Assembly (NCBI GenBank): GCA_963422615.1
Contig: OY730414.1
Coordinates: 62,001 to 126,000 of the forward strand
Direction: 5' to 3'
Source: Longimicrobiales bacterium
Lineage (GTDB): Bacteria; Gemmatimonadota; Gemmatimonadetes; Longimicrobiales; Gaopeijiaceae
Length of the DNA stretch: 64,000 bases
The stretch's first letter is position 1. Every line of letters starts with the position of its first letter. A model generated the notes under the pieces. It ran no database searches. It was given only the letters and a program-made list of their open reading frames with translations, and was not told the origin of the DNA. Position numbers and translations under genes: made by a program. Positions 30,952-41,308 of this stretch are shown piece after piece.

Positions 30952-31725
30952 TCAGCTCCCCGCCGTCGCGTGGATCGCGAAAGCGACTCCCTGGGGATCC
31001 AGGCACTGGGCAATCAAGTCGCCGCCGGGGACCTGCACGGGGCCGTTCATGACCTTTCCGCCCAGCTCTGTCACCGTTTCCGCAGCTGTGTTTACGTCCG
31101 GCACTCGGACATAGGTCAACCACCCAACGGGGATCTCCGCCGGCCCGTTGAACATGCCGCCCACCGGATGGGCGCCCCGTCCGAACATCTGATAGAAGCC
31201 CATTTCCCCCATATCCATCCGGCTGGTTTCCTGCCAGTCAAAGACATCCGAGTAGAAAGACCACGCCGCCTCCCAGTCCCGAGTCGCGAGCTCGTACCAG
31301 GAAAACTCACCGACGGAAGGAAGGCCATCGTGGCCCGGCGTGTCTCCCTCCGGCTCCATCACGGTGACGACCCCGCCCTGCGGATCCCGAATGACGGCAA
31401 TTCGTCCCACCTGGGCAATGTCCATCTGGTTGAGGACACCGCCGCCCAGGCTTTGCACCTTCGCAACGGTCGCGTCAACACCGGGCGAGGAAACGTACGG
31501 CAACCAACAGGGCGGCGCGCCCGAGGCGGCAACTTCCGCGGGAAGCTCCATAAGCCCGCCGACGGGCATTTCCCCATTCATCCACAGAGTGTAGGGAGTA
31601 TCGCCTTCACCCGGCCACGAGGTCGTCGTCCACCCGGTGATCCGGCCGTAGAAGTCGCCGGCCGCATCCACATCGGTGGTCATCAGTTCGCACCAGCAGA
31701 ATCGCCCGTTGGGTGTACTCGCCAT
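30952..31725 (-). CDS. Two-domain VOC/glyoxalase family protein
   Basis: GRFCWCELMTTD and GEFSWYELATRD duplicated halves, DPQG motifs. Confidence 0.93.
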   Translation of the reverse strand: MASTPNGRFCWCELMTTDVDAAGDFYGRITGWTTTSWPGEGDTPYTLWMNGEMPVGGLMELPAEVAASGAPPCWLPYVSSPGVDATVAKVQSLGGGVLNQMDIAQVGRIAVIRDPQGGVVTVMEPEGDTPGHDGLPSVGEFSWYELATRDWEAAWSFYSDVFDWQETSRMDMGEMGFYQMFGRGAHPVGGMFNGPAEIPVGWLTYVRVPDVNTAAETVTELGGKVMNGPVQVPGGDLIAQCLDPQGVAFAIHATAGS

Positions 31726-32090
31726 TGCATCCTCTCATTGTTCAAATCGGTACGGCCTTCACTCATTGAGTCGCCAAAGCTACACAATCTTCGGGATATT
31801 GCGAACCCGGCGGTCAAAACGAATCCACCGTCGAGACCCATGCCGGGGAATCGTTCACCGCTGTACGGGCAATCCCGGGAGGAGCCATCGGGCCGTGGCC
31901 CCGGACTTGTTCCGCCCCGAAACTGTAGGTGGGCAGAAGGACGGCAGCGACGAGAATGAGCGCAGCCCGGCCGGAATTGGCCCTTTACGATCCAGCACCA
32001 ACTCCCAATGATCAGAGGCCAGAACGGACGAACTCCAAGGTGGACGCCGTTCGGGGTACAAAAAGCTGATTTCGGTCAAGGGCGGAACGA

Positions 32091-32603
32091 ATGCGACGGT
32101 TGATCGTGGTGAGACACGCGAAGTCGAGCTGGCGTGATCATGGACTCCCCGATCATGACCGACCGCTGCAAGCCCGGGGCCGCCGGGACGCGCCCCGGGT
32201 CGCGGCCGCGTTGCGCCAGGACGGCTATGTTCCCGATCTCGTCTACTGCAGCCCGGCAGTCCGTACCCGGGAGACCTGGGGCCTCATGGCGTCCAGCTTC
32301 GGTGGCCACCCGGAAGTGAAGTTTGTCCGTAGGCTGTATCTGGCATCCCGTGACACTCTGTTGGCCAGCGTCCGGTCGGCCCCACCCGAAGTCGAGACCC
32401 TGATGGTCGTCGGTCACAACCCTGCCAGCCACGCTGTCGCCTCGGGCTTGGCCAGAAGCGGCGAAGAAGGAGAGATCCAGCTGCTTCGCCACAAGTTGCC
32501 GACGGGTACCGCCGTGGTGATCGACCTGACGGGCGAGCGTTGGGAAGACATGGGCTTGAACGGCAAACTCGTGAAGTTGATTCTGCCCAGACGGCTGGAG
32601 TAG
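32091..32603 (+). CDS. sixA: SixA-like phosphohistidine phosphatase
   Basis: RHAKSSW, DHDRPL, SPAVRTRET, VVGHNP. Confidence 0.9.
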   Translation: MRRLIVVRHAKSSWRDHGLPDHDRPLQARGRRDAPRVAAALRQDGYVPDLVYCSPAVRTRETWGLMASSFGGHPEVKFVRRLYLASRDTLLASVRSAPPEVETLMVVGHNPASHAVASGLARSGEEGEIQLLRHKLPTGTAVVIDLTGERWEDMGLNGKLVKLILPRRLE

Positions 32604-32957
32604 CGGTCCGGTGGCCACTCGGAACACAGAGCAGGGTAACGGGCAAATTCTCTCGCTCCTGCGCGGACTAATTCGCTCTGGGGGTCGGGCGTCGGGGATG
32701 AGGGGGTCAGGCGTGGCTAGCTGTCTCAACTTCCCGCGTGCTCATCCCGGTTTTCGCAGTGGTTTGGCCCCGGGCATGCAGATTCTCGGTGAATTCCTGC
32801 ACAGCCCTTGCCAACTGTACACCCACGCAATACAGCCATTCGGGAGCGATCCTATTTTGACACGGATCGGGTCGCACATTCCCAAGAAGAACATTATCGG
32901 ATAAGTTTCATTGAAAGACGTCACTTGGCCGTTTGAACGAAAGGCATCGCGCTTCCC

Positions 32958-33493
32958 ATGATCCGCAAACCCGCCTGGCACTGGCAGCCCTTTGATCCCA
33001 AGTACACAAGCCTGTCCGGCGACATCTCCAAACTCTTCCGGAACGACATTGCAGGGGCGCCCGGACTTCTGGCGAAAGACGCGCCTCACCCCAATGCTTC
33101 GCTCTTGGCCCGAGGCGGCAATGGGGAACGACTGCGGATTTTGATGAAGGCAAGCATCTCGTCTATGTAAATGCTGTGAAGTCGTCTGAGTGTGTGCTCA
33201 CTCGCATGTACTTGAGGATGACCGCCCTTGGCGGGTCCAAGTACGGCAGCCACGCGTCGCGCTTGCGAAGGTCAACCGACTTCTGGCGCAGCCACATTTT
33301 CCGTGTACGGAGCGGGTCCGCGCCGGCTCTTGTGAGGGCGATGGTTGAATTTCAACATGAAAACAGCCTCAAAACGAGAGAATTACGTGAATTTGCCAAG
33401 CGCATCAATCGTACTTGGTCAAACGTGCTCTTGAATTTGTATACTCAAGATGAAGCGGCCGAACTATTGAGGAAACTTGGAGCGGATCTCTAG
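32958..33493 (+). pseudogene. Two gene fragments joined by a deletion (5' end of one gene, 3' end of another), upstream of the MTase in a lower-GC island
   Basis: 32958 to about 33112: MIRKPAWHWQPFDPKYTSLSGDISKLFRND...SLLAR. From about 33113 a different open frame with no good start: WGTTADFDEGKHLVYVNAVKSSECVLTRMYLR...LREFAKRINRTWSNVLL, to TAG at 33493. Confidence 0.5.
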
Positions 33494-34988
33494 GGGAATT
33501 CCCGTAACGAGGTCCAAGGAGAGATCTCTTGACGAATCTTTCGCTTCCATTCATGGAAGAAGCTTGTTCCGCACGGCTTCTTACCGCGTCCAGCCAAGGT
33601 CAGAGTTTGAACAAAATGCGGACCGGATCGTACGCAGAGTTGCGATTGACGGCCTTTGCATTCAATCCTCTGTTCCGGTGAACCAGGGCGCGTCGGAAGA
33701 CGTGGAACGAGATTTTCTTGCTGCTTGGTGGTGCGCCTATCTGTCCGGATGTTCGCCTCGGTCGGAAAACCCAAACTGCGGGCCCCTGCGAATCGCCGAG
33801 CTCTTTTGCGGGGCGGGCGGCCTCGCGCTGGGGGTGAGCCAGCTGGCCAAAGAGCTGGGGAGGTCGGTGGTGTACCGCCTCGTCGTAGATTCAGACCCGG
33901 GTGCCGTCGCTACTTTTTCGGCCAACCACACGGTCCGTTTTCAAGAAACGCGTTCCGTGACTTCGCTGGTTGACTACCGGGTGTACGGTCACGCCGACCG
34001 AGCTCAATTCGCCTATGAACCGGAAGTGCTGGACGAAGATGTGGCCTTCGCAGCGCGCGATCTGGACCTGCTCGCCGCAGGCCCTCCCTGCCAGGGTCAT
34101 TCCAGCCTTAACAACCGCACTCGCGGACGGGATCCCCGCAATCATCTGATGCTGGCGGTCGCCGCATTTGCCGTGGCCGCAAATGTGCCTAGGGTTATCA
34201 TAGAAAACGTACCACGCGTAGTTTCGGACACTGCGGACGTGGTCGCCTCGGTGCGAGCACTGCTGCGTTCCAGGGGCTACCGGGTCACAGAGTGCGTGCT
34301 GGCCGCAGACGAGATGGGTTGGCCGCAAGCCCGTCGTCGATATTTCATGGTCGCGTGTCGCGACAACAATCCTCTGCCCATTGAAAGCGTGAAGAATGCC
34401 CTATCGGATCCCGGTACGAAGCGGGGCGAGCGATCGGTCTCATGGCTCCTACGGAAGGTTCCGACCTTCAGGGTAACCGGGAGGGAAAGGGATGTTCTGG
34501 ACATCCAGACGGAGCATTCCGTTGAGAACCAAGAACGTATTGATTGGCTATTTGACAACGATGCCTACGACCTTCCTGATGCCCGGAGGCCGCGCTGCCA
34601 CCAAGCCGGAACCACCTACGGCGCCGTGTATGGCAGAATGTACCCCGACCGACCCGCACCCACGATCACGACGGGGTTCACTTCTCCAGGCCGTGGCCGG
34701 TTCGTCCACCCCACCGAGCGCCGCACAATCACCCCACGGGAAGCCTCAGTGATCCAGGGTTTTCCGCTTGGATACCGGTTCGTCGGTGCCGGAGGCGGAC
34801 GGCCTGCGCGCGCGCAGCTTGCCAAGTGGATCGGGGATGCCGTACCGATGCCCCTGGGGTATGCTGCCGCATTGTCGGCACTCTGTGGCGACGGAAATAT
34901 GCACGAGAGGCGCATCCCGCAAGGGCATCCGGCACCCTGGCGATCAACCCGCGAACGACGCGACCAGCCAGTCCGCCCCGGTTCGTGA
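33477..34988 (+). CDS. DNA (cytosine-5) methyltransferase, orphan
   Basis: Motifs I ELFCGAGG, IV GPPCQG, VI ENV, VIII QARRR, IX RTITPREA, X IGDAVP; start uncertain. Confidence 0.93.
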   Translation: MERISRGIPVTRSKERSLDESFASIHGRSLFRTASYRVQPRSEFEQNADRIVRRVAIDGLCIQSSVPVNQGASEDVERDFLAAWWCAYLSGCSPRSENPNCGPLRIAELFCGAGGLALGVSQLAKELGRSVVYRLVVDSDPGAVATFSANHTVRFQETRSVTSLVDYRVYGHADRAQFAYEPEVLDEDVAFAARDLDLLAAGPPCQGHSSLNNRTRGRDPRNHLMLAVAAFAVAANVPRVIIENVPRVVSDTADVVASVRALLRSRGYRVTECVLAADEMGWPQARRRYFMVACRDNNPLPIESVKNALSDPGTKRGERSVSWLLRKVPTFRVTGRERDVLDIQTEHSVENQERIDWLFDNDAYDLPDARRPRCHQAGTTYGAVYGRMYPDRPAPTITTGFTSPGRGRFVHPTERRTITPREASVIQGFPLGYRFVGAGGGRPARAQLAKWIGDAVPMPLGYAAALSALCGDGNMHERRIPQGHPAPWRSTRERRDQPVRPGS

Positions 34989-35182
34989 TCCGTCAGTCAG
35001 CATAGGATTCCGCCGGACAACCGTTCCGGTGCCCGCGGGATCCATATACCTTGATCACTAAGGGAACCATGAGGTTTGGAAGACCCCAGGGCGCCCAGGC
35101 CGGGAACGCCCTTGAGCTTCCGGCCTGGGGGTGACTCCCGTCCATTTTTTCTCCGGAAAACCGTTCAAGATCCGAGCCATCC

Positions 35183-36172
35183 ATGGACCGAGACATCGAA
35201 GTCATTCAGGCAAGAATTCGGGAAACCAGCGCCTTTGTCGAACCTCTCCTCACCGAGGTGGGACGGGTCGTGGTCGGGCAGAAGGCGATGGTTGAACGGC
35301 TCCTGGTCGGCCTCCTCTCCGACGGCCACGTCCTGATGGAGGGCGTGCCGGGCTTGGCCAAGACACTGACGGTCCGAACCCTGGCCGACGCGGTCCGGAC
35401 CTCCTTTCAGCGGGTTCAGTTCACGCCGGACCTCCTTCCCGCCGATCTGCTGGGCACCCTGGTCTACAACCCCAGGGAGTCCGAGTTCAGGACCCGGAAG
35501 GGACCCATTTTCGCAAACATCATCCTGGCGGACGAAGTCAACCGATCCCCCGCCAAGGTTCAGGCCGCCCTCCTGGAGGCCATGCAAGAGCACACCGTCA
35601 CCATCGGCGACACCACCTTCGACCTGCCATCCCCGTTTCTGGTCCTCGCGACCCAGAACCCCATTGACCAGGAGGGAACCTATCCCCTCCCCGAAGCCCA
35701 GGTGGACCGCTTCATGCTGAAGCTCGCCGTCGGGTACCCGGCGAAGGAAGAAGAGCTGGAGATCATGCGCCGGATGAGCTCCGGACCGACCCCCCGAGCG
35801 GAGCCGGTCGTCACCCCGGAGGAGATCGTTGCGGCGCGAAAGGCCGCCGAGACCATCTACATGGACAGCCGGGTCGAGAAGTACATCGTCGACCTGGTCT
35901 TCGCTACCCGTGAACCCAAGGGCTTCGGACTGGACGAACTGGAACCCCTCGTCGCCTTCGGGGGATCCCCGCGCGCCACAATCTGCTTGGCGAAGACTTC
36001 GCGAGCTCACGCCTTTTTACGGCGCCGGGGCTACGTGACCCCTGAAGACGTTCGTTCCGTGGCCATGGATGTGCTTCGGCACCGGATCATCCTGACGTAT
36101 GAAGCAGAAGCGGAAGAGGTGACTTCCGAAGAGGTGGTGACTCGGGTCTTGGAAACGATCGAGGTCCCCTGA
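35183..36172 (+). CDS. moxR: MoxR-family AAA+ ATPase
   Basis: GVPGLAKT, QFTPDLLPAD, LADEVNR, ATQNP, LPEAQVDRF. Confidence 0.97.
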   Translation: MDRDIEVIQARIRETSAFVEPLLTEVGRVVVGQKAMVERLLVGLLSDGHVLMEGVPGLAKTLTVRTLADAVRTSFQRVQFTPDLLPADLLGTLVYNPRESEFRTRKGPIFANIILADEVNRSPAKVQAALLEAMQEHTVTIGDTTFDLPSPFLVLATQNPIDQEGTYPLPEAQVDRFMLKLAVGYPAKEEELEIMRRMSSGPTPRAEPVVTPEEIVAARKAAETIYMDSRVEKYIVDLVFATREPKGFGLDELEPLVAFGGSPRATICLAKTSRAHAFLRRRGYVTPEDVRSVAMDVLRHRIILTYEAEAEEVTSEEVVTRVLETIEVP

Positions 36173-36199
36173 GCGCGGCGTGCGGAAGGGCAGCCAGGC

Positions 36200-37078
36200 A
36201 TGATCCCCCGCGAGATCCTCAAGCAGGTGCGCCGGATCGAGATCACCACCCGGGGTCTCGTGAACGAGGTGTTTTCCGGCGAATACCACTCCGTCTTCAA
36301 GGGACGGGGGATGAGCTTCGCCGAAGTTCGAGAGTACACCTACGGAGACGACATTCGCGGCATCGATTGGAACGTCACCGCCCGGACCGGGGCACCCCAC
36401 ATCAAGGTATTCGAGGAAGAGCGGGAGCTGACGGTCATGCTGGTTGTGGACGCCAGTGCCTCGGCGGACTTCGGCACCCGAAACCGCTTGAAGTCGGAGC
36501 TGGCCACCGAGCTGTGCAGTGTCCTGGCCTTTAGCGCCATCAAGAACAACGACAAGGTCGGGCTGATCCTCTTTACCGACCGAATCGAGTGCTTCGTACC
36601 TCCCCGAAAGGGCCGACGCCACGGCCTCCGGGTCCTCCGGGAGCTGCTGTACCACCCGACGACGGGAACCGGAACCGATCTCGGAGGCGCGCTGGAATAC
36701 CTGGTTCGCGTCATTCGGCGCCGGGCGGTGGTGTTCCTCGCGTCCGACTTTATCGCGCATGGATTCGAAAGCGCCCTGTCCGTCACGGCCCGAAGGCACG
36801 ACCTGGTCGCCATCCGCGTAGGCGATCCCCGCGAAGAGGAGATGCCCCCGTTGGGCTTCGTGGACTTCGAAGATCCGGAAACCGGCGCCCGGACCGTGGT
36901 CAACACATCGGGTCGGCCCTTTCGGACGCGCTTCCGCAGGTTGCGCGCCGTCGCCCGGGAACGGGCAAACGAGGCGTTCCGACGGAGCAAGATCGACACC
37001 ATTGATGTTTCCACCGGCGTACCGTACGAACAGTCCCTCCGGCGCTTCTTCAAAGAGCGGGCTCGGCGGTTACGGTGA
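36200..37078 (+). CDS. DUF58 domain protein
   Basis: GMSFAEVREY, GDDIRGIDWNVTAR, FEEERE. Confidence 0.95.
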   Translation: MIPREILKQVRRIEITTRGLVNEVFSGEYHSVFKGRGMSFAEVREYTYGDDIRGIDWNVTARTGAPHIKVFEEERELTVMLVVDASASADFGTRNRLKSELATELCSVLAFSAIKNNDKVGLILFTDRIECFVPPRKGRRHGLRVLRELLYHPTTGTGTDLGGALEYLVRVIRRRAVVFLASDFIAHGFESALSVTARRHDLVAIRVGDPREEEMPPLGFVDFEDPETGARTVVNTSGRPFRTRFRRLRAVARERANEAFRRSKIDTIDVSTGVPYEQSLRRFFKERARRLR

Positions 37079-38379
37079 CGATGCGGCGCCCGGTCGCCGG
37101 CCTGGAAGCCGGTTTCGTCGTTGTCCTTTTCGGGCTATGGGGCGAATCCGCGCCGGGCCCGGTGGCAACGGAATCGGCATTCGACTCCGCGTCCAAGCAA
37201 CCGGAATTTGTGGGGATTGGCCAAGCCGGGTTCGGCTTCCAGCAGGCCCGCATTTTCATGGAAGCAGACACCACCTTGATCCATGTGGGAGACCCCGTGT
37301 CGGTTCGGCTCCGGGTCTCCCACCCGCCGGGCTGGTCGGTTCGGTGGCCCGATTCCGTTGACGTCGCCCCCTTCGAAGTGCTCCGCTACGAGACCGGTCA
37401 GACCGGGGCGGACGGAGACCGGAGGGGTTCTTCCGCTGAAGTGATCATCACCAGCTTTGAGCTGGGCGAGATGGACATTCCCCCCATCGAAGTCCTTGCG
37501 GAGGCTCCGGACGGCAGCGCCCAGACGCTGATCACCGATCCATTTCGCATTGGAGTGGAGAGCGTCGGACTCGACGAATCCGGCGAAATCCGCGGAATCA
37601 AGGGACCCTTGTCCGTTCCTCGAAGCTGGTGGGGTCCGGCCCTATGGTTGGCCCTTCTCGGCACGGCGACCGGCGGCCTCGCGCTGGCTTGGCGACGACT
37701 CAGGAGGCGGACCGCCCCGGAAATCGCAGCGCCTCCGCCATCTCCGCCCCGTCCATTTCACCTTGTGGCGCTGGAAGCCCTGGACGCATTGGGGTCGTCC
37801 AACCTCCTGGAGCAGGGACGGATAAAGAAGTACCACGTGCGGGTTTCGGAGATCATCCGAACCTACGTGGAGGGTCAGCTCCAAGTGCCCGCCCGGGAGA
37901 TGACAACCGGAGAAGTGGTGAACGGCCTCCGCCGGGCCGCCCTGGGTGATAAAATCACAGAGAAGTTTCGGATCTTCCTGGAGAGCTGCGACCTGGTGAA
38001 GTTTGCCAAGGTGCGCCCCTCTTACGGCGACTCCCGGGTGACCTTGGTCTGGGCCCGCGAGCTGGTAGAGCTCACGAGCTCGAGTCGGCCCCCGTCGACG
38101 ACGGGGGCGAACGGGGACAGCGGAGCGGACAATCCGGCCCCGCCCGGCTCGACCGAGGCCGCTACCCTCGAGGCAACTCGGGACTCGCCCGGATCGCCCT
38201 CATCTACGCCTACGGGTACCGGGCCCGCGCATCGGACAGAAGTCCGGACCTCGGCCCCGCGCCCCGGTCCGGCGGGTGATGGGGCGGCCCCAACCCCGAA
38301 CGCCGACGATCCGCCCTCCCCGACCCACTCTTACTCTGCCCGACCGATTTCCTTCGGTTCTGCGGGAGACAGCCCTTGA
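37075..38379 (+). CDS. Bat-operon membrane protein (BatD-like Ig domain, one TM, helical C-domain, Pro/Thr-rich tail)
   Basis: Position between DUF58 and batA; IRGIKGP before the TM; REMTTGE and DLVKFAK motifs. Confidence 0.8.
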   Translation: MTMRRPVAGLEAGFVVVLFGLWGESAPGPVATESAFDSASKQPEFVGIGQAGFGFQQARIFMEADTTLIHVGDPVSVRLRVSHPPGWSVRWPDSVDVAPFEVLRYETGQTGADGDRRGSSAEVIITSFELGEMDIPPIEVLAEAPDGSAQTLITDPFRIGVESVGLDESGEIRGIKGPLSVPRSWWGPALWLALLGTATGGLALAWRRLRRRTAPEIAAPPPSPPRPFHLVALEALDALGSSNLLEQGRIKKYHVRVSEIIRTYVEGQLQVPAREMTTGEVVNGLRRAALGDKITEKFRIFLESCDLVKFAKVRPSYGDSRVTLVWARELVELTSSSRPPSTTGANGDSGADNPAPPGSTEAATLEATRDSPGSPSSTPTGTGPAHRTEVRTSAPRPGPAGDGAAPTPNADDPPSPTHSYSARPISFGSAGDSP

Positions 38380-39368
38380 TCTTTCGCTTTCAGGATCCGT
38401 TTTTCCTGCTCCTCCTGGGGGCCCTTCCGTTCCTGACTTGGGCGTACGTGGCTCGGAGAAAGGCGTGGCGCGGCTCCCTTCTGTACCCGGATGTTCCCAG
38501 CTTGCGCCGGGCCGATCGGGGCGAAGGACGGTGGCTGCAACACCTGCCGGCGGGGCTGAGGGGGCTGGCGCTGGTCTCTCTCGTCGTCGCCCTTGCGCGC
38601 CCTCAGACCGGGGTTACCGGTGAGAACGTCGTCGCCCAGGGAATCGACGTCGTCCTGGCTCTCGATGTATCCAGCTCCATGCTGGCCGAGGATCTGGCTC
38701 CCAACCGCATCGAGGCGGCCAAGGCGGTAGCCGCCGACTTCGCCGAAGGCCGGAAGAACGACCGGATCGGGCTGGTCATTTTTGCCGGAAAGGCGTTCAC
38801 CCAGGCTCCCCTGACTCTCGACCACTCGGTGGTCGTCTCGCTGATGGCGGAGCTGGAAGTCGGGGTGATCGAGGACGGTACCGCCGTCGGCATGGGGTTG
38901 GCTACCGCGGTGAAGCGGCTTCAGGCAAGCGAAGCGGCGTCGAAGGTCGTGATCCTGCTGACCGACGGCCGCAACAACCGCGGCGAGATCGATCCCCTGA
39001 CTGCGGCCCACGCCGCTCAGGCCCTGGGCGTCCGGGTCTACACCATCGGTGCGGGTTCCCGCGGCATGGCCAGAGTCCCCGTACCTGACCCCTTCGGGGG
39101 CACCCGTTACGTGACAACCCAGGTCGATGTGGACGAACCCGCCCTTCGGGCCACCGCCGAGGCTACGGGGGGACGATACTACCGCGCGACGGACCGGGAG
39201 AGCCTGCAAGCCATCTACGAAGAGATCGACGAGCTCGAAACCACCGAGATCCTCGTCGAGAACTTCACCCGGTACGGCGAACAGTTCCACATCCCGCTCG
39301 TGGCCGGCTTGGTCTTCCTTCTGGTCGAATCGATCTTGGCCCAGACTCGGATGAGGACCCTCCCTTGA
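38376..39368 (+). CDS. batA: BatA VWA-domain protein
   Basis: ALARPQ, DVSSSM MIDAS, PLTLD, GTAVG, LLTDG. Confidence 0.92.
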   Translation: MIFRFQDPFFLLLLGALPFLTWAYVARRKAWRGSLLYPDVPSLRRADRGEGRWLQHLPAGLRGLALVSLVVALARPQTGVTGENVVAQGIDVVLALDVSSSMLAEDLAPNRIEAAKAVAADFAEGRKNDRIGLVIFAGKAFTQAPLTLDHSVVVSLMAELEVGVIEDGTAVGMGLATAVKRLQASEAASKVVILLTDGRNNRGEIDPLTAAHAAQALGVRVYTIGAGSRGMARVPVPDPFGGTRYVTTQVDVDEPALRATAEATGGRYYRATDRESLQAIYEEIDELETTEILVENFTRYGEQFHIPLVAGLVFLLVESILAQTRMRTLP

Positions 39369-40396
39369 TGTTTCGGTTCGGCGACGGATTTGCGCTCTGG
39401 AGCCTGGTTCTGGCCCCTTTGCTTCTCCTATTGCACGGATACGCAAGCCGTCGGAGGCGGGCGCTCCTGGATCGCTTCGGGGAACACGCCTTGGTGCAAC
39501 GGCTCGTTCCTTCCGCGAACGCCTCCGCCAAGCGGTGGAAAGCGACCTTGACAGTCGCGGCGTTCGCCCTGTGCGGGTTGGCGCTGGCTCGCCCCCAGTT
39601 CGGGACCCGGGTTGAAACGATTCGGCGACAAGGGCAGGATGTGGTCGTGGCCCTGGATGTTTCCCGCTCAATGTACGCGGAAGACGTATCGCCAAACCGC
39701 CTGGAGCGGGCGAAGATCGAAGTCGGCCGAATCATTCAGCGTCTGGAAGGCGACCGGATCGGTTTGGTGGCCTTCGCCGGCGACGCCTTTGTCCAGAGTC
39801 CTCTGACGATTGACTACGGCGCAGCGATGATGTTCCTGAACGCCATGGACCCGACCCTGATGTCCACTCAGGGCACCAACCTGGGGAAAGCGGTCGCTAT
39901 TGCTGTCGAAGCCCTGGAGGAGACGCCTCCCGAGAACCGGATCCTGATTGTCGTGACAGACGGCGAAGATCACGAAGGGGACTTGGCCGAGGCCATCGCG
40001 GCGGTCACGTCGGCAAGCGTGGCGGTCTACACCATCGGCGTCGGGTCTGCGGAAGGAGTGCCCCTGCCCCAAGTGGACGAGACTGGCGTGCGGCAGGGCT
40101 TTCGACGGGACGACGACGGCGCGGTCATCACGACACGCCTCAACGAAACGGCGCTTCAGGACATCGCCATGCAAACCGGGGGCCGGTACTATCGGATCGG
40201 TCCGGGCGCAGGCGGTCTGTCTAGACTGGTGGAGGAGATCGGGAGGGGGGGCCGAGAAGTAGAATCCAGGGAGTTTACGCGGTTTGAGGAGCAGTATCAG
40301 ATCTTTCTCGCGGCGGCGTTTCTCTTGCTGATCGTGGAGTTCGTCCTGCCGGAGAGGAAACGGCGTCCGGTGCGCCGGACGGAGGAGGGTTCATGA
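39368..40396 (+). CDS. batB: BatB VWA-domain protein
   Basis: ALARPQFG, DVSRSM, PLTIDY, VTDGEDH. Confidence 0.92.
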   Translation: MFRFGDGFALWSLVLAPLLLLLHGYASRRRRALLDRFGEHALVQRLVPSANASAKRWKATLTVAAFALCGLALARPQFGTRVETIRRQGQDVVVALDVSRSMYAEDVSPNRLERAKIEVGRIIQRLEGDRIGLVAFAGDAFVQSPLTIDYGAAMMFLNAMDPTLMSTQGTNLGKAVAIAVEALEETPPENRILIVVTDGEDHEGDLAEAIAAVTSASVAVYTIGVGSAEGVPLPQVDETGVRQGFRRDDDGAVITTRLNETALQDIAMQTGGRYYRIGPGAGGLSRLVEEIGRGGREVESREFTRFEEQYQIFLAAAFLLLIVEFVLPERKRRPVRRTEEGS

Positions 40397-41289
40397 CATA
40401 TGGTCACTTGTGCACACCCGGAACGGGGGCCCGGACACGCGGCGCGCTTCTGTTGCTTCCCAAGGTGCGTCCCGGTTTGTCGGGGGCTTGGGTCTTCAGC
40501 ATGGTCTGTGCGGCTGCACTTGTGGGGACCCTGGGAGTTCCGGATCCGGTTGCCGGCCAGAAGGGCCGCCGGGAGGTCGAAGCCGGGAACCGGCTGTACG
40601 AAGAGGGGCGGTACCAGGAGGCGCACGCCCGCTACCTGTCGGCGATGGAGAAGGTCCCGGGACTGCCCCTTGCCCGCTTCAACGAGGGCAACGCCCTCTA
40701 TCAGAGCCAGGAGTTCCAGCGAGCTCTGGAAGCATATACGGAGGCCCTGGAAGCGGGGGATCCCGGGTGGGAGGCCGGAGCATGGTACAACCTGGGCAAC
40801 GCGCTGGTGCGCCAGCAGCAGCTAGGGGCTGCGGTGGAAGCGTACAAGGAGGCGTTGCGCCGGAATCCGACAGACCAGGACGCCAAGCACAACCTGGAGG
40901 TGGCTCTCCGGCAGCAGCAGGAACAGCAACAGCAGGAGCAGCAACAGCCGCAGGACGGGAAGGGAGAAGGCGATGCCAACCCGGAGGGAGACCCTGACGA
41001 GCGGAAAGATGGCCAGGGCGAGAACGAGGCGCAGCCCCCGGCGGAGGGGGAAGATACGGGCGGGGACGAACCCTCTCGGGCCGGTGACAACCCCGATCCC
41101 CGATCCGACGAGGGGAACCAGCGCGAATCCCCGGAGAATCGAGAGGAGGGAAGTTCCGCCGCCGAAGCACCGGTCCGGATGACGCCCGAGCAGGCGGAGC
41201 GGCTTCTCCGGGCGATCACCGAGGACCCGGGCGAGGTCAGCCGCAAGACCCCAACCGCTCGGGGCCGAAGACCCAAGAAGGACTGGTAG
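40393..41289 (+). CDS. batC: BatC TPR protein with Gln-rich linker
   Basis: TPR repeats (YNLGN), poly-Q linker, C-terminal KDW. Confidence 0.88.
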   Translation: MTYGHLCTPGTGARTRGALLLLPKVRPGLSGAWVFSMVCAAALVGTLGVPDPVAGQKGRREVEAGNRLYEEGRYQEAHARYLSAMEKVPGLPLARFNEGNALYQSQEFQRALEAYTEALEAGDPGWEAGAWYNLGNALVRQQQLGAAVEAYKEALRRNPTDQDAKHNLEVALRQQQEQQQQEQQQPQDGKGEGDANPEGDPDERKDGQGENEAQPPAEGEDTGGDEPSRAGDNPDPRSDEGNQRESPENREEGSSAAEAPVRMTPEQAERLLRAITEDPGEVSRKTPTARGRRPKKDW

Positions 41290-41308
41290 GCTAGAGGGGT
41301 TGGACGTA

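Noticed and set aside
40910..40955. CAG/CAA repeat tract
   Set aside because: It encodes the ordinary Gln-rich linker of BatC.
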